A stretch of DNA of 64,000 bases from the human T2T-CHM13v2.0 reference genome, Homo sapiens: the NCBI RefSeq assembly GCF_009914755.1, contig NC_060931.1; one strand, written 5' to 3'. How positions within the stretch are numbered: position 1 is the first letter of the stretch; each line of letters opens with the position of its first letter. Under the pieces are notes generated by a model. That model searched no databases, had not been told where the DNA came from, and was given only the letters and a program-made list of their open reading frames with translations. Positions 1 through 13,628 of this stretch are shown here, piece after piece. The position numbers and the translations under genes are program-made.

Positions 1-413
1 CTTTTGAAATCCTACTCTACTTTCCAACTACATATCTGTGTGAGGACACATTTACTTTCATATATTTCAACCAAAACCACTAATTGAAACAGATTGGCTA
101 TATTAATAGAAACAGGTACATAAATCCAGCTATCTTCTGTTAATTCAGGCAGTAAAGAAATCTGCAAACATATAATGTCACTTTTCTCATATTTTTCTGT
201 TTTGGTAAATATATTCATTTTTCATGAAAAAATAAGTTAACATTGTAGATTTATTATTTTTAAATTAATTAATAAATATTTTCAAATTTACTTGTTTAAT
301 TTCTATTACAATTGATTTCAACACTCAGAAAACACATAAACAATAACATTTTGGGGATCATCAATAATTTTTTAAGTGTAGAGACTCTAGACCAAGAGGT
401 AGAGGACAATTGG
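1..413 (+). mobile_element. Charlie1-type hAT DNA transposon, 3' end
   Basis: 21-44 encodes FPTTYLCE (hAT C-terminal dimerisation motif), followed by the Charlie1 3' subterminal sequence (cacataaacaa...ttttggggatc.tcaataattttt). Confidence 0.8.
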
Positions 414-518
414 TGTAGAAATAAGACCAGAAAGAAACAGACATGAGTTTTTGGTAAATACATAATGTCCCCCATTTACATTACAGAATTCCTACTTACA
501 AGTAGAATTCTGTCTTGT

Positions 519-606
519 AAAAATCACAAGTACACAAAAATCACAAAATCACAAAAATACACACACATCACAAAAACACACGCGAATCATAAAAAGTCAT
601 AAAAAA
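519..606. repeat. Degenerate A-rich tandem repeat (AAAAATCAC-like units)
   Basis: Repeated aaaaatcac/aaaatcac/aaaaatacac units. Confidence 0.6.
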
Positions 607-662
607 TGTAACAAACCTGCACATTCTGCACATGTATCTCAGAACTTAAAATATAATAAAAG
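607..662 (+). mobile_element. L1PA extreme 3' end fragment
   Basis: tgtaacaaacctgcacattctgcacatgtatctcagaacttaaaatataataaa matches the L1PA terminus. Confidence 0.8.
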
Positions 663-1134
663 AACACAAATACCAGAGAACAAACAGTAACAAGCATCTG
701 TGATATGATAATACATCAACCAAAAGTAGCTGTCCTGAGTTGTTTAATACAGAAAAGACTTGTGGATGGGGAAAAAAGCAGCAGAACATGTGAAGCTATG
801 GCTCTCCTCATTATTTAACCTGTAATGGGAATGGACTGCACCTGTGACCATCCATCCAACAGCTATGGCAGAACAGACAGATTTCCAGATGTTCCTAAAT
901 TTAGGTGCTGTGATTTCCACTTTATGCCTTATTTTCAGAGCCTTGATATATTTACTTTGGTCTTTTAAATTGGTTCATAATAGGATATAGTCCATGTACA
1001 TAGTTACTTATTTTTAAAATATTTTTGAATTGCTATATTCTTTGTTGTCGTTATTTTTGAGACATATACATAGAAATAAGGTCACAAATTTAGTTCAATG
1101 TCTGTAATAGAACAGTTGCTTAATAATACTTGTT

Positions 1135-1570
1135 ATTGCTTTCTAATATTAGGTAGAATAGCTAGGCAGAAATTAGTAAGAAAATAGTTGATTTGAACAA
1201 CATTATAAACAATGTAAACCTAACAGACATCTAGAGAACCCTCCACCCCACAGCGAGTGCAGATTCCTCTCAAGCGCGCATGGAACAGTCTCCAGCATAG
1301 ACCACACATGAATTCTTACAAGCATCAGTCAATGTAAAAGGGCTGAAGCCATACAAAGTGTATTCTCCAGCCACAGTTGAATAGAAATCAATGACAGAAG
1401 AAAGTTTGAGAAATTCATAAAAACGTGCAAATTAAATAACATGCTCTTAAATAACATGGTCTTAATAATTATTCATATTTAATAATTAAAATTAAATAAC
1501 ATGCTGTTAAAAAACATGCTCTTAAATAATCAATGCATCAAAAAGAAATCACAAGGAAAATTAGAAAACA
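1135..1570 (+). mobile_element. Old L1 (L1M) ORF2 endonuclease-region fragment
   Basis: acagacatctagagaaccctccacc...ctcaagcgcgcatggaacagtctccagcatagaccac resembles the DIYRTLHP / SSAHGTFSRIDH coding region. Internal TAAATAACATGCTCT repeats at 1429-1530. Confidence 0.75.
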
Positions 1571-2414
1571 TTACCTAAACTTAGCTGGCAATTCTACATA
1601 GGTTGCTGGTGATCAATCTGCCACACCTGTGTCTCCATCTGACACCCGGAGTTGGCCAACCAGGCAACTGTGTGTGTGCGTCTTTCCTTTCTCATTTCTT
1701 CAGGTGCTTCTCCAAAACCTCAGTTCAATCTTAAGAAGAACTTCTCCAGTTCTTGGGTCTCTTTAGCAGTATAAGCAGAAAATAAATTCGCCTGTCTCAG
1801 ATTTCACATGTCCACAGTTTACCTATAACTGTGTTGATTACATCCATTTAATATGTTATAGTCATAGCACCTAAAAGAGCAATTTTATTACCATTTAAGC
1901 TATTAAAACAATTGATATCAAGTTGTCGAACACAATTATTGGAGAAGCAATTAATGCACAGAGAAAAAACTCATATCTCAGAAATAATTGACATTTTAGG
2001 TGAAATTTGTCAAAAATACTTATGGGAAAAAGTAATCATTTCCATTAAATGAAAGTTTAGAATGAGGCAGTAGGAAACTCCATAGCAAAAACGTTAAGTG
2101 TCAAAAGATTTAGTATGTGTTTCAGAGTTGTCACTGAATCTCACTCAGATCCATTAAGAATTGTCCCCCTCCTCCTGAAACATAAAGAAATGTGGTAACA
2201 TTTGTATTCACAGCAGTTACTTAATTCTTGAAAAATATATTACAATTATATGGTTAAGAGTCAAACAGTAAAATAATAGAGTAAGAAATCTGTCCCATCT
2301 ATCAAATTACCATCCATCTCATCTTCAACCAAGCAACTACTATTATTACTTTCTTGCGTATCCTTCTAGACATATGTTACACACACAAGCAAAAATTACA
2401 ACTCATTTTTCAGC

Positions 2415-2713
2415 TTTTTTTTTTTTTTTGAGATAGGATCTTGCTCTGTTGCCCAGGCTAGAGTGCAGTAGTGTGATTATATCTCCTTGCAGCCTCGAAC
2501 TCCTGGGCTCAAGTGATCCTCCCACCTCAGCCTCCCAAGTAGGTAAGACTACAGGGGGAGTGCCACCACACCTAGCTAATTTTTAGTTATTTTGTAGAGA
2601 CCAAGGTCTCACTATGTTGTCCAGGCTGGTCTGGAACTCCTGGCCTCAAGCAATTCTCTCACCTCAGCCTCCCAAAGTGCTGAGAATTTAAGAGTGAGCC
2701 ACCACAGCCAGCC
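2415..2713 (-). mobile_element. AluJ
   Basis: Poly-T then antisense dimer with J-type gcagcctcgaactcctgggctcaagtgatcctccc. Confidence 0.93.
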
Positions 2714-4824
2714 CAGCAAGCTTCTTAATACAAATGGCAGCATGTGATACACAGTATGCTGCATCTTATTAACTTAACCATGTATCCTGAAGATATTTCC
2801 ATTTTACTGCATAGGGAGCTCCCTTTTTTATAGTTTCATATGAGCGTCAGAAAAAAAGTACAGAATTTATTTTACCATCCCATACAGATGAAAATTTAGG
2901 ATTTTTTCCACTGTTTTGCTGTCAAAAACAATGTTGCAATGAATAATACTGTACATCCACTATTTTTTAAAAGTGTGAATATGTCCATAACATAAATTCC
3001 TAAAAGTAGAATTGATGGGCCAAAAGGCATATATATTGATAATTTTGATGAATGTTGATCGATTACACTCCCTCTCCCATAGGTGTTTAACCAATTTACT
3101 TTTCCACCAACAGTATATGTGATCCCCTATTTCCCACAGCCTTACTGATAGAGAATAGTAACAAAATTTAAACTTTTGTCAATTGATAACGAGCTTGAGG
3201 GAGCTTGATCACACTATCTGATGTTTTAAGCCACTTATCTTTATGATAATTTCAGGGATGGGGGGCAATAGATTTTTAAAAGTTGTATTGGCTTATAGGA
3301 TCGATTGATATATAATGAAATCATCCCCTTACTTGTGATCTAAAGTGGAACATTTCTCCAGTAGTTTGAATTTTACTATGCTTAGATTACATTTGTTTGT
3401 TGTTTGTTTTTACCAAGCATATGTTTTGTGGTTGTGCTTACTAACTTCTCTGTAATAGAATATTTCATCTTGTTCCTTTGTGTCTTTTGAATTCTGAATT
3501 ATGATTGGAAAGTCCTTTTCCACTGTAATGTCATAAATAGATTCTAATTTTCATTAATTATATTTAAATCTTTGGCTCATATAGAATTTTTTCAAGCTGT
3601 TCAGTGTGAAGTGTACATATTAATTTCTTTCCAGATGGATAGCTTCATTTTCTCAATAATATATATTATATAGTCCATATATTCCCCCACTGATTTGAGA
3701 TGCCAAATTTAATTTAAGCTAAATTTTCATATGCATGTATGTGTCTTTTTGAATTATCTTACATCAGTGCCATGATATTTTAATTATTAAGTTTCTATAA
3801 TAGTAAACTTGTTTTCACTTAAATTTTAATCACATGGAGACTTTTAAATTATTTTTCCAAATACTTTTTCAGAATGTGTAGGTAGTAATATGATTATCAT
3901 TTCAAACATAGTTCCAAAAGTATTTGCATGGAATTGAGCGAAGTACATGCACCACTCTTCTAATTCCTCTTTTCTTGTGGTTATTACGTCCTTACTGTTC
4001 ATTCTGAGCATTTTTCTTGCAATCATCAGCTAATGGTTTATCTTTTTACTGTTTTTATAACAGACCACATTTAGAATTTACTTCCTAATTCAGAATTATC
4101 TGTTCTGTGTCAGTTTCTCCTTTCATCCCTATTAATTCCTCCTTTGCTTTCCTTTAGTTTATTTCATTCTTCTTTGTCTAACCTTTTGAGTCAGATATAT
4201 GATCACTTACTTTCATGCTTTGTTTTATTGATGTAAGTAAGTCTATAACTAATTTTCTTTTAATGTTCATTAAGCTATATTCTGGAGGTTTTTACTTGTA
4301 TTTTCATTGTTTTCTTTCCCAGCTGTTCTTCCATTTTTTGTTGGTGTTTGTTTCCTCCTTGAACAAGGAGATAAGTAAGAATATTTAAGGTTTTAGGACA
4401 AAAAAGTTCATTTCTTATTTTAAAATTTAATTTCTAGTTATATTACATTTATGTATGGTCAATTTTTGTGAATATAGAGCACTTAAATGTATATATATAT
4501 TCTTTTCAGAGCACATATTTTAATAAATATTAATCAGATGTAACTTGTTCATTATATCACATTGGCTACGCTATTTTTCAGTCTTTTAATTTGTTTTTGT
4601 ACTGAGAGAAGTGAATAAAATTATCCTATTTCCAGTGTGTTTCTATTCCACATTTTATTTCCTGGAATATTCATTTTTAAAAACTTCATAATCTGCTCTT
4701 TCTTCAAAAGTATTTATGTTCTATATCTACTCATAATTGTATTAGTTAGCATGATTACATATTTTTCTTTTTCTCATTTAATAATGTTAATTGGATTTCA
4801 TTTTGTCTGACATTACCATTATGA

Positions 4825-5180
<356 letters not shown>

Positions 5181-5389
5181 TTCATATCATTTTAGTTTTA
5201 ACCATTTGAATCACACGGTATCCTCAGCAGAGGGTTGGGTTTTGTTTTATGAGCAAATATGAAAATATTATTTGTTTTACTTTTGTGAATTAAGCCCATT
5301 TATGACAGATATGTTAAGTCTGCATTTTTTATATCTTGTAATGTTATTCTCTGTTTTTTCCTTAAGTCTTTTATTATGTGCCTTGGGTA

Positions 5390-5452
5390 TGTTGTGTGTG
5401 CACATGTTTACACATGGCGTGTGTGTGTGCATGTGTGTGTGTATGTTGTGTG
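5390..5452. repeat. Imperfect (TG)n microsatellite
   Basis: gtgtgtgtgcatgtgtgtgtgtatgttgtgtgt. Confidence 0.7.
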
Positions 5453-8336
5453 TAGTTCTGCTATTTACAAGTTTTATATTTCTTTATAATTATAAGTGAT
5501 ATGTTAGCTTTATTTCTAATGATTTGGACAGTATCTGTGAATTCTAACTATGAGCCATGGTGAAATTGGCTTATGCCCTCTTCTAGCCCTTCTAAACTCT
5601 CTTCTCAACCACCCAATTAAATCTTAAGTTTATCTTGCTTGGTGTATTGTTAGTTATGCTAAAATTTCCATTAGAGGATTTGTAAACTTTGTATGTTGTC
5701 CTTTGACTGCTGGCTCTTATTGGTGAGGCAACTACTGAGTTTGCTTCCCACCCTCTTCACTACTTTCTGTTTCAGTTTCCTATATCATTATATGACGTTT
5801 CCATTCTCCTGTCACCCTAAAATCCATCTTTTGTCATATTAATTTAGTTAAATGTATTCCAAGTTTACAGCCAGTGTTTTTATCACCATTTTTTAGGAAT
5901 ATTTTAGTTGGCTAGAAGCGTGTCTTCTAGAAATTTTGTCAAGAAAAAATATTTCCTGACTTCTTGCATGTTGAAACCCCTTGTTTTGCAACCTTTATTC
6001 TAGCAGAACATTTAGCTGAATTTAAAATACTAGACTCACAGTTTATTTTCTCACAAATATTTAATGCAGTTTTACTGTCTTTTCACTATGAATGTGTTGA
6101 CTGTTGCTATAGAGAAGTGAGAGACTAATTTTTTTCCATTATAAATGACTTGATCTTTTTTGTAAGAGTGCCCAAGTAATTATTTATGCATGAGTTCCAT
6201 TCTATGCTTCAATATCAACCACTTTAGGAAATGTTTCACCTGGTATAATCTTTCAGAGTGTAAGTTCAAATCATTTTTATTCATTGAATTGTGTCTTTAA
6301 GTGTTTTTTTGACGTCACTGTTTCAGTTTTGTTCCTTGGAAATTCAATTTGTGCATATTTTGGTTCTCCTTTTCCTGCGTTTTATGGTTTTTAAAAATTT
6401 TTCTCTTTGTTCTTTTTATTTGAAAATGTTTTATTTTGCTTACTCTTCTCATTTCTGTCCTCTCCATCACCTGCTAGGATTTTAGTAAGTTCTATCCTCT
6501 CCTTTACTGTTTTATTTCTATGATGACTTAATTTTTTTATTTTACTTCTCTCCTAATTTCCCCCACTTAATGTTGTATTTCCTCCTTTGCCATGTCATCT
6601 CTTTCTTGATTTTTAAAATTTTTCTTATTTTGTGGTCTCTCTTTATAAAGTCTATTGTCTACCAAGTTTCTGATTTTGTTTTTTTAATTTAAGCCAAATT
6701 TTTTGTCCTAATTTTTATCTCTTCGGGGCAATATTTCCATAGTGAATGTTCTCTATTAGTTATTTTTACTGATCTTTTCTTCATTTTTTTCACACAGTAT
6801 CCTTCTTCCAATATTATACTGAATCTTTTATATGTCTTGTCATTTAATATGTAGGCTTTCCTCAAACCAAATTCCTATTGGCTGAGGAAAGCCAAAGTAG
6901 TTTCTAAAGCTTTCTAGTTTTCACAACACAAATATGCTCTTTTTCTTGCTGCCTTCTCTGCTCCTGCGAACTGAAGTCAATTTACAATGTTTCTGCTGTA
7001 AGATGTTTACACTTAAAAGTGTGTGCTTCTCACCTGGAGACAGTGCTTCTGTGTGACAGATCTCATGCCACTGAGGCCTCTGTACTTTCTTCATTCCTTC
7101 TCACTTCTTTCTTTTCTCCCCTCATTTTGTTTGTCTCATGTATGTCATTACAGACTAGGAATTATACGTATCTTCACTTTACTGAAAGTTGAGCTTTCTG
7201 GGTTCTTTTAAATTTTACTTTTAAATAAATTCCATGAGGAAAAAGAAAATGCAGGCTTTTGCAATCATGATCCCAATAAAAGTCCTGCTTAGTGATTTTA
7301 AAATCACCTTTGAAGATTGATATTTTAACCAGAACAAGAGGACACAAAAATTCTCCTCAATGAAATGTTTCTTAGAAAACATATTTCAGCTGTCAACTCG
7401 AAACTAAATTAGAAGAGATACTATAAAATGTAAATTTTACTTCAAGACAAAATATACACACAGCCAAACAGGTTTTAGACAAGGTCTAGAAGAGAAAATT
7501 TTAGCCATTCATGTAATCCCAATATCGTACCCAAGATGAAACAGAAATGTTTTTCATTATTTACTACATTTAAGCTAGGAATTGGCATCATAGCAAATCA
7601 CTTGGATGATTGTATCCCACAGATAAAACGTGCTAATACTAGATTTATATTTACTTAAAATGTAACAGTGACTACCAGACTCCTGAAAGAGCTGACAAAT
7701 CACCTTTCCCATTTCTTCCATCTGTTCACTTCTCAGACTTTTCAGCCTCTTTTGAGATAGTTGGTGATGGAGATGTAGATTCCATCTTCTCAGGTACTCT
7801 CGACCACGTGCAATGCTCATGCATCACTACACATACACTCTCCTTCCTCCAGAAAAATTAATATCACACAGATCTCTATCCACCTTCAGTAGAAACCCTT
7901 GCCTATTTTCAGAAATGTGTAGAAAATGACTGGATGAAATCTCACTAGAGTTAATATTGGCAAACTGCTCAGTCAGACAATTTTTGTGTTGAGTGGGAGA
8001 GGGCAGGGTTATCTTCTCTTACCTCTCTCTCCCTCTTGCTCTTGACAGATGATACATAGTTAGTTAGCTAGCTAGGTAGATATCCACACTATGCCTGTAG
8101 AATATTTTGTGATGAAAATATCCATTTGGTGAAATATCTCTGATGTCACATGGACAGTTGACCTTTGTCTTCCATTGTTACTATCTTGTTTCTTATTTTA
8201 TCTCAATAAATTTTACTTTTCTACTCAAAGTTTCACACTTCAAGTCTTCTCTTCCCGTATTTCCTGCACTACTCTTACATAGTGGAATATTGTGAAAAAA
8301 GAATAGACCATATAAAAAAGTCTAACAGTTACTTAC

Positions 8337-8482
8337 CTGTGGTGCTGGCCTGGCTCATGTCCTCTTCTCTGGGCCTAGCTTGTCATCATAGTTGCTCCTA
8401 CCTGCCCATTAAGGAGTGGAACTCATGGCCTACGAGTCGACAGCATCATCCCTCCAGGCCTGCTGAGCCAGGCTAGAGATGG
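8337..8482 (-). ncRNA. Candidate non-coding exon (minus strand)
   Basis: Consensus donor CAG|GTAAGT (8337|8336-8331). Acceptor ccactctggtttcag before 8482, with alternatives before 8498 and 8472. No transcript evidence. Confidence 0.3.
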
Positions 8483-8579
8483 CTGAAACCAGAGTGGACT
8501 GTGGGTGCAAGCCAGAGAACTTTGTTTGTTCCTTCAATAATTTGGAATAGGGACTCAAAAACTACAGCTAGTCCATTAG

Positions 8580-8875
8580 TCATTTAAACTGAGAGGCTCC
8601 ACAAATCTGAGTTTGGGGCAACAAGATTTATGAAAAGAATAAAAAGTTAAGAAAAAAGAGAGAGAGAGAACGCAGAAGTGAATAATGAAACCCAGGTGAG
8701 AGATCAGGTTTCTGAGAGAAACAGGGCAAGAAGGAACAAGTGCCTCACTATCAGATTTCATGAGTCCAAGCCCACTTTTTGATGCTGGGATCTGTAAGTT
8801 TGCCAATTAATTATTCTTTCAAGTTTCCCATTTTTGCTTAAACTAATTTCACTAAACCTGTGTTTTGTAAAGCAA
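8580..8875 (+). mobile_element. Old MLT1 (MaLR) LTR fragment
   Basis: 3' motif ttccc.tttttgcttaaactaattt...ctgtgttttgtaa resembles the MLT1 end. Confidence 0.5.
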
Positions 8876-9857
8876 CAGTTCTATAATTAAATACACACAT
8901 TCTTTAAATTAGGGCAACATGAAAATACTTGTCAAAAAAGCAATGATAAAAGCAACAGGAATATTTGAATTAATGAAATTACAACAGAGATTCAAGTTAA
9001 AGGTTGGGAAAAAATGTAACATATTCTATTGTTTGCATCATTAACCTATGTGAAATAACTTATTTGTGCAGGTTCATTAGACTTTGAGGAATACTCAGTG
9101 GAGCATATTAGGTAGAATAAAATTAGAACAAAATATCGCAACCTCCTACGTTTTCAACACAGCTATGAATATTGGAAGGCTATGTTTTTGTAACTGCTGA
9201 CACATCGAAAATTGTAATCAGATCCTTGAGACCACACCAGACCAACTAATCCAGATTCACAGACATGTGACTAAGATAATTTCTTCTCGGCCAACTGGGG
9301 ACCCTCTCTAGGATATAGAAACCAGATGATTAGGAGCTATATTTTATTTAAAATTAAAACAGGAGGCAGCATACATAATGGTAACGGCAAGAATGGCTTT
9401 AGTGAACTTAATAGTAGGTCTGTTGATCAGATCTGAGGCATGAAGTAAGGGTTAATCCTCAGTCATTTTATCTAAATAAGGAAGTATAAGGATTGGCTGA
9501 GGACCAGAGGATGATATTAAATTCCGGTCATGAAAGGAATAAACTTGGCCTTGTAATGTTTCTGCACCACAGCTCATGCCCGAATGTTTGCAATGAACGT
9601 CTATGGTTGTTGAATCAGGGAACCCAAGTTTGTATACGTGCATGCATACATAAAGGCATGCATGTGCACACTTCTTAGACGTCTGCCCTGCATTCTCCTT
9701 CAAACACTTAGTGTCACTAAACCCTTCAAGGTTTGCGTGGAGGCTTCAGTCCTTGCCTTCTTTCCCAATTGTGGCCCATATGCAAATTTAGAAAAGTTGA
9801 GGTACTACAAGAAGAAATCGGATCATTTAACTTTAAAAAAAATAGGTAATTGGCAAA

Positions 9858-10140
9858 GAAAAAAAAGTATATATTCAAGATGTACCATATGATAATTTAT
9901 AATACGTATGCATGTTATGCAGATTAAAACAAATTAAAATATTCATCACTACCCATAGTTACCATTTGTCTGGAAGGGGGTGAAGACACTTAAAATCTGC
10001 TTTCTCATCTATTTTAAAGTAAGCAATAAAATATTATAAATTGTAGTCACCACGCTGTACACTAGGTCCACGGAATCTCTTCATCTAACAACTGAAAGTC
10101 TGTACCCTCGGACCAACGTCTTTCCTCACTTTACTCTCCA
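9858..10140 (-). mobile_element. L1MA/L1MB 3' end, antisense
   Basis: gtagtcaccacgctgtacactagg...aactgaaagtctgtaccctcggaccaacgtct is typical of the L1MA9/L1MB 3' UTR. Confidence 0.75.
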
Positions 10141-10150
10141 TTCAAACAGT

Positions 10151-11117
10151 GCTGCTCATTTCTTAATCAAATCATTTGTTTCCCTGCTACTGAGCTGTTT
10201 AGCTCCTTTTATATTTTGGATATTGACCCCTCATCGGTTGTATGGCTTATAAATATTTTCTCCCAATCTGTAGAATATCTCTTCACTATGTTAATTGTTT
10301 TCTTTGCTGCATGGAAGCTATTTTAATTTGATGTAACCCCATTCATCATTTTTTGCATTTGTTGCCTGAGCTTTTGGGATCAGGTCCAAAAAAATCATTG
10401 CCCAGACCAACTTCATAGTTTTTCCTGTAATTTTTTTTTGTACTTTTATAGTTTTAGGTCTTACACTTAAGTCTTCTATCCACTTTGAGTTGATTAATGT
10501 ATATAGTGTGAGATAAGGGTCCGCTTTCATTCTTCTGCATACAGATATCAAGTTTTTCCAATACACTTGATTAAAAAAACTGTCTTTTCTCCCATTGTTT
10601 ATTCTTGGCACCTCTGTTGAAATCCATTGACTGTAAATGCATAGTTCATTTCTGGGCTTTCTATCTGCACCATTGGTCAATATGTTTATTTTTATGCCAG
10701 TAGCATGTGCTGTTCTAATTATGATAGCTTTGTGATATAGCTTGAAGTGAGATTGTGTGATGTCTCCAGCTTTGTTCTTTTTGTTCAAGATTTCCTTGAA
10801 TATTTGAGAGGTTTGTGAATTTTAGGAATTTTTTTCTATTTCTATTAGATATGATATTGGAATTTCGATAGGGGTTACATTGAATCTGTAGATTGTTTTG
10901 GGTCATACAAACATTTAACAGTATTAATTCTTCCAATTATGAACACAAAATATCTTTCAATTAATTTTGGTCTTCCTCAGTTTCTTTCATCAATGTTTTA
11001 TCGTTATCACTTACAGGATCTTTCACCTCCTTGGTTAAATGTATTCCTAAGTATTTTTATACCTATCAAAGATGAAATTATTTTCTTAATTTCTTTCTTG
11101 GATAGTTTGTTGTTAGT
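10151..11117 (-). mobile_element. L1MA ORF2 C-terminal segment, inverted 5' part of a twin-primed insertion
   Basis: ORF 10318-10788 (KKNKAGDITQSHFKLYHKAII) is degenerate L1 ORF2p (KKNKAGGITLPDFKLYYKA). Confidence 0.9.
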
Positions 11118-11960
11118 GCAAAGGACTGAATAGACATTTCTCCAAAGAAGACATACAAATACCAAAAGAAACATGAAAAAAATGCCCAACACCACTAATC
11201 TTCAGGGAAATACAAATTAAAATCACAATGAGATATCATCTTACACCTATCAGAATGGTTACTATCAAAGAGATGAAAGATAACAAGTGTTGATGAGGAT
11301 GTGGAGAAAAGGAAACTCTTGTACATCGTTGGTGAAAATGTAAGTTAGTATAGCCAATATGGAAAACTGTATGGAGGCTCCTCAAATAACTAAAAATAAA
11401 TTGCCATACGATCAGCAATCCCACATCTGAGTGTATATATGAAGGATTTAAAATCAGTTATGTCAAAGAGATATCTGTGTTTCCATGTTCATTGCAGAAG
11501 TATCAACAATAGCCATGTTATGGAATCAACCTAAGGGATGAATGCATCAAGAAAATGTGGTGTATATATACACAATGGAATTGTATTCAGCCTTAAAAAG
11601 AAGAAAATGCTGCCATTTGTGACAACATACATGAACCTGGAGGACATTATGTTAAGTGAAATAAGCCAGGCACAGAAAGACAAATACTGTATGTTCTAAC
11701 TTATGCATAAAATCGAAAACAATCAAACTCATAGAAGCAGAGTAGAATAGTGGTTACCAGAGGGTGAGACGTGGGAGAAATAGCAAGATTTTGGCCACAG
11801 GATACAAAATTTCTGTTAGACAAGGGAAATAAATGATAAGTATTTGAGATGATGGATATGTTAGTTTGATGTAATCATTCCACACTGGGTACATACATCA
11901 TAACATCACTTTGTACCCCATAAATAAATACAATTATAATTTGTCACTATAAAAATAATA
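11118..11960 (+). mobile_element. L1MA (L1MA6-8-like) ORF2 end plus 3' UTR
   Basis: gcaaaggactgaatagacatttctccaaagaagacatac through cactttgtaccccataaat...aaaaataa. Confidence 0.92.
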
Positions 11961-12453
11961 TGCAAAAAACAGCTGCAAACATCTGTCTTTAATTGTATAC
12001 ATAAACAAGTTCATTTGACTTGCATGACCTTCTGTGGATGTGAGGGGCTCACACTTGCATTTCAATTATTTTAGCTATATGATGTGAACTAACATGCTTA
12101 CATTAACACTTTCCTCTATTATTTTGGTGCCTAGATGATTAGCATACTAAACAATGTTTGAATGTGGATTCAATATGAGTCATAAAAATATGTTGTTGTG
12201 CAGCAGGAAGCCTACTAGGCTAGAAAGAACTACATAGGTTGAAGGTTTTTCTTTGGTGGGGGGCATCACCCAACTTGTTTGGCCCTTGAAGTCCTGCACT
12301 CAGGGTGGGGCTCCCACAGCCTATTCTCGTGTCTAGAGCAATAACCATGGCAGTTCATGTCCCTTGTAATTTGGTACAAGGTGACAAGTAAAGGATTTGT
12401 TTTCAATCATTGGACCCACTCTGGAATAGGAGTAATATATATTTACCCTTAAG

Positions 12454-12650
12454 CTAGTGGCTTCCCAGCTGCTTTTTTAAAGCACCAGACACATTTTTCC
12501 CTAAACAAACAAACAAACAAAAAATCTGATTCAAAACCCTCATATGTGGAATAATGAAAAGCAGAGTTGCTCTGGCTGAGAAAGGAATGGCTTATAGCAG
12601 GGAGAAGTACTTGTCATTAGACCCAAGAGTTCCAAAGAACATAACTAGGG
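12454..12650. mobile_element. Old hAT-type MITE fragment
   Basis: tagtggcttcccag...aaaagcagagttgctctggctga resembles Charlie-family non-autonomous elements. Subfamily uncertain. Confidence 0.35.
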
Positions 12651-13279
12651 TCAGGGAACAATGAAAAAGCCTTTCATCCTGGATGGATTTGGGGGTAAAA
12701 CTCGGGTTTCCCTCTTAGCCTCCATTATTGCCCCAGTCTGAATTCTTGAATTTTCCTCTTTTCAAAGCTTCTGTGTCAACAGTGATTTTGCTCTGTGTTA
12801 GTCCATACTGCTTTGAGCCTCACTTACATCAGGGATCTGTTCTTTGGCTTAAATATTCGACATAAATCCTGTTCCGTCTTATCTATAGAATTGTGAAGGA
12901 GGTTTTGATTTCTGCTGCTGTGCAACTTAAATATCTTCTACTAATTAAGTACAGTCCCAGGAAGGGTGTTATTTAACAAATGTCATGGTCAGCGATTATC
13001 CTCTGCTGCTCCCATAATAGGCATGTTTTGTCCTCATTGTGGTTGAGTCTGTTTCTGACTCAAGTTAGAAGTAAAGGTCTTTCCCCAAAGGGCAGCAGGA
13101 GGGGCCTTGTAGGCTGGTTAGTGGAAGGCCCTGAAAATCACTGCCAGCCACCATGGAGGGTCATTGCTTCTCCGTGCTCCTATCCAATGCTTGTTGCCTT
13201 CGTGGGGGCCACATGATTTTGCGTGATTTTTTGTAGACTTTAAATAGATAAAATTGGTATAATTTTGAAGGTCCTTTTG

Positions 13280-13457
13280 GATTTTTTCAACCTTAGCCAC
13301 ACATTGGAATCACCTGGGGAGAATTGTTCAAACAGCTAAAATATCACTGATGTCCGACATAAATTCAATCAGAACATCTGGAGGGGAGCCCAGTCATCCA
13401 TTGTTTCCAACACGACTCAGGTCACTCCAGTAGGCAGCCGAGCCCTGGGAGCTGCTG
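13280..13457. mobile_element. MER5 (hAT-Charlie MITE)
   Basis: ttttcaaccttagccacacattggaatcacctggggag...aatcagaa..tctgg.gggg.agcccag. Confidence 0.7.
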
Positions 13458-13628
13458 CAGTCAAGAGAGCCGAGCACTTTCCACCTGGCAAGCCTTCCGC
13501 GGGTTTTCATGATGACTTGTGGGGCCTTTTCTACTGCTTTTTAAAAGCAGCGCTACACTACCTTTCTCTCGAAGCAGCACTATGCTAAATTAAAATTTCA
13601 GTGCCCGCTGTCGAATGTCTTTACTTAC

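Noticed and set aside
10318-10788. Longest ORF in the window (156 aa)
   Set aside because: Degenerate, frameshifted L1 ORF2p fragment.
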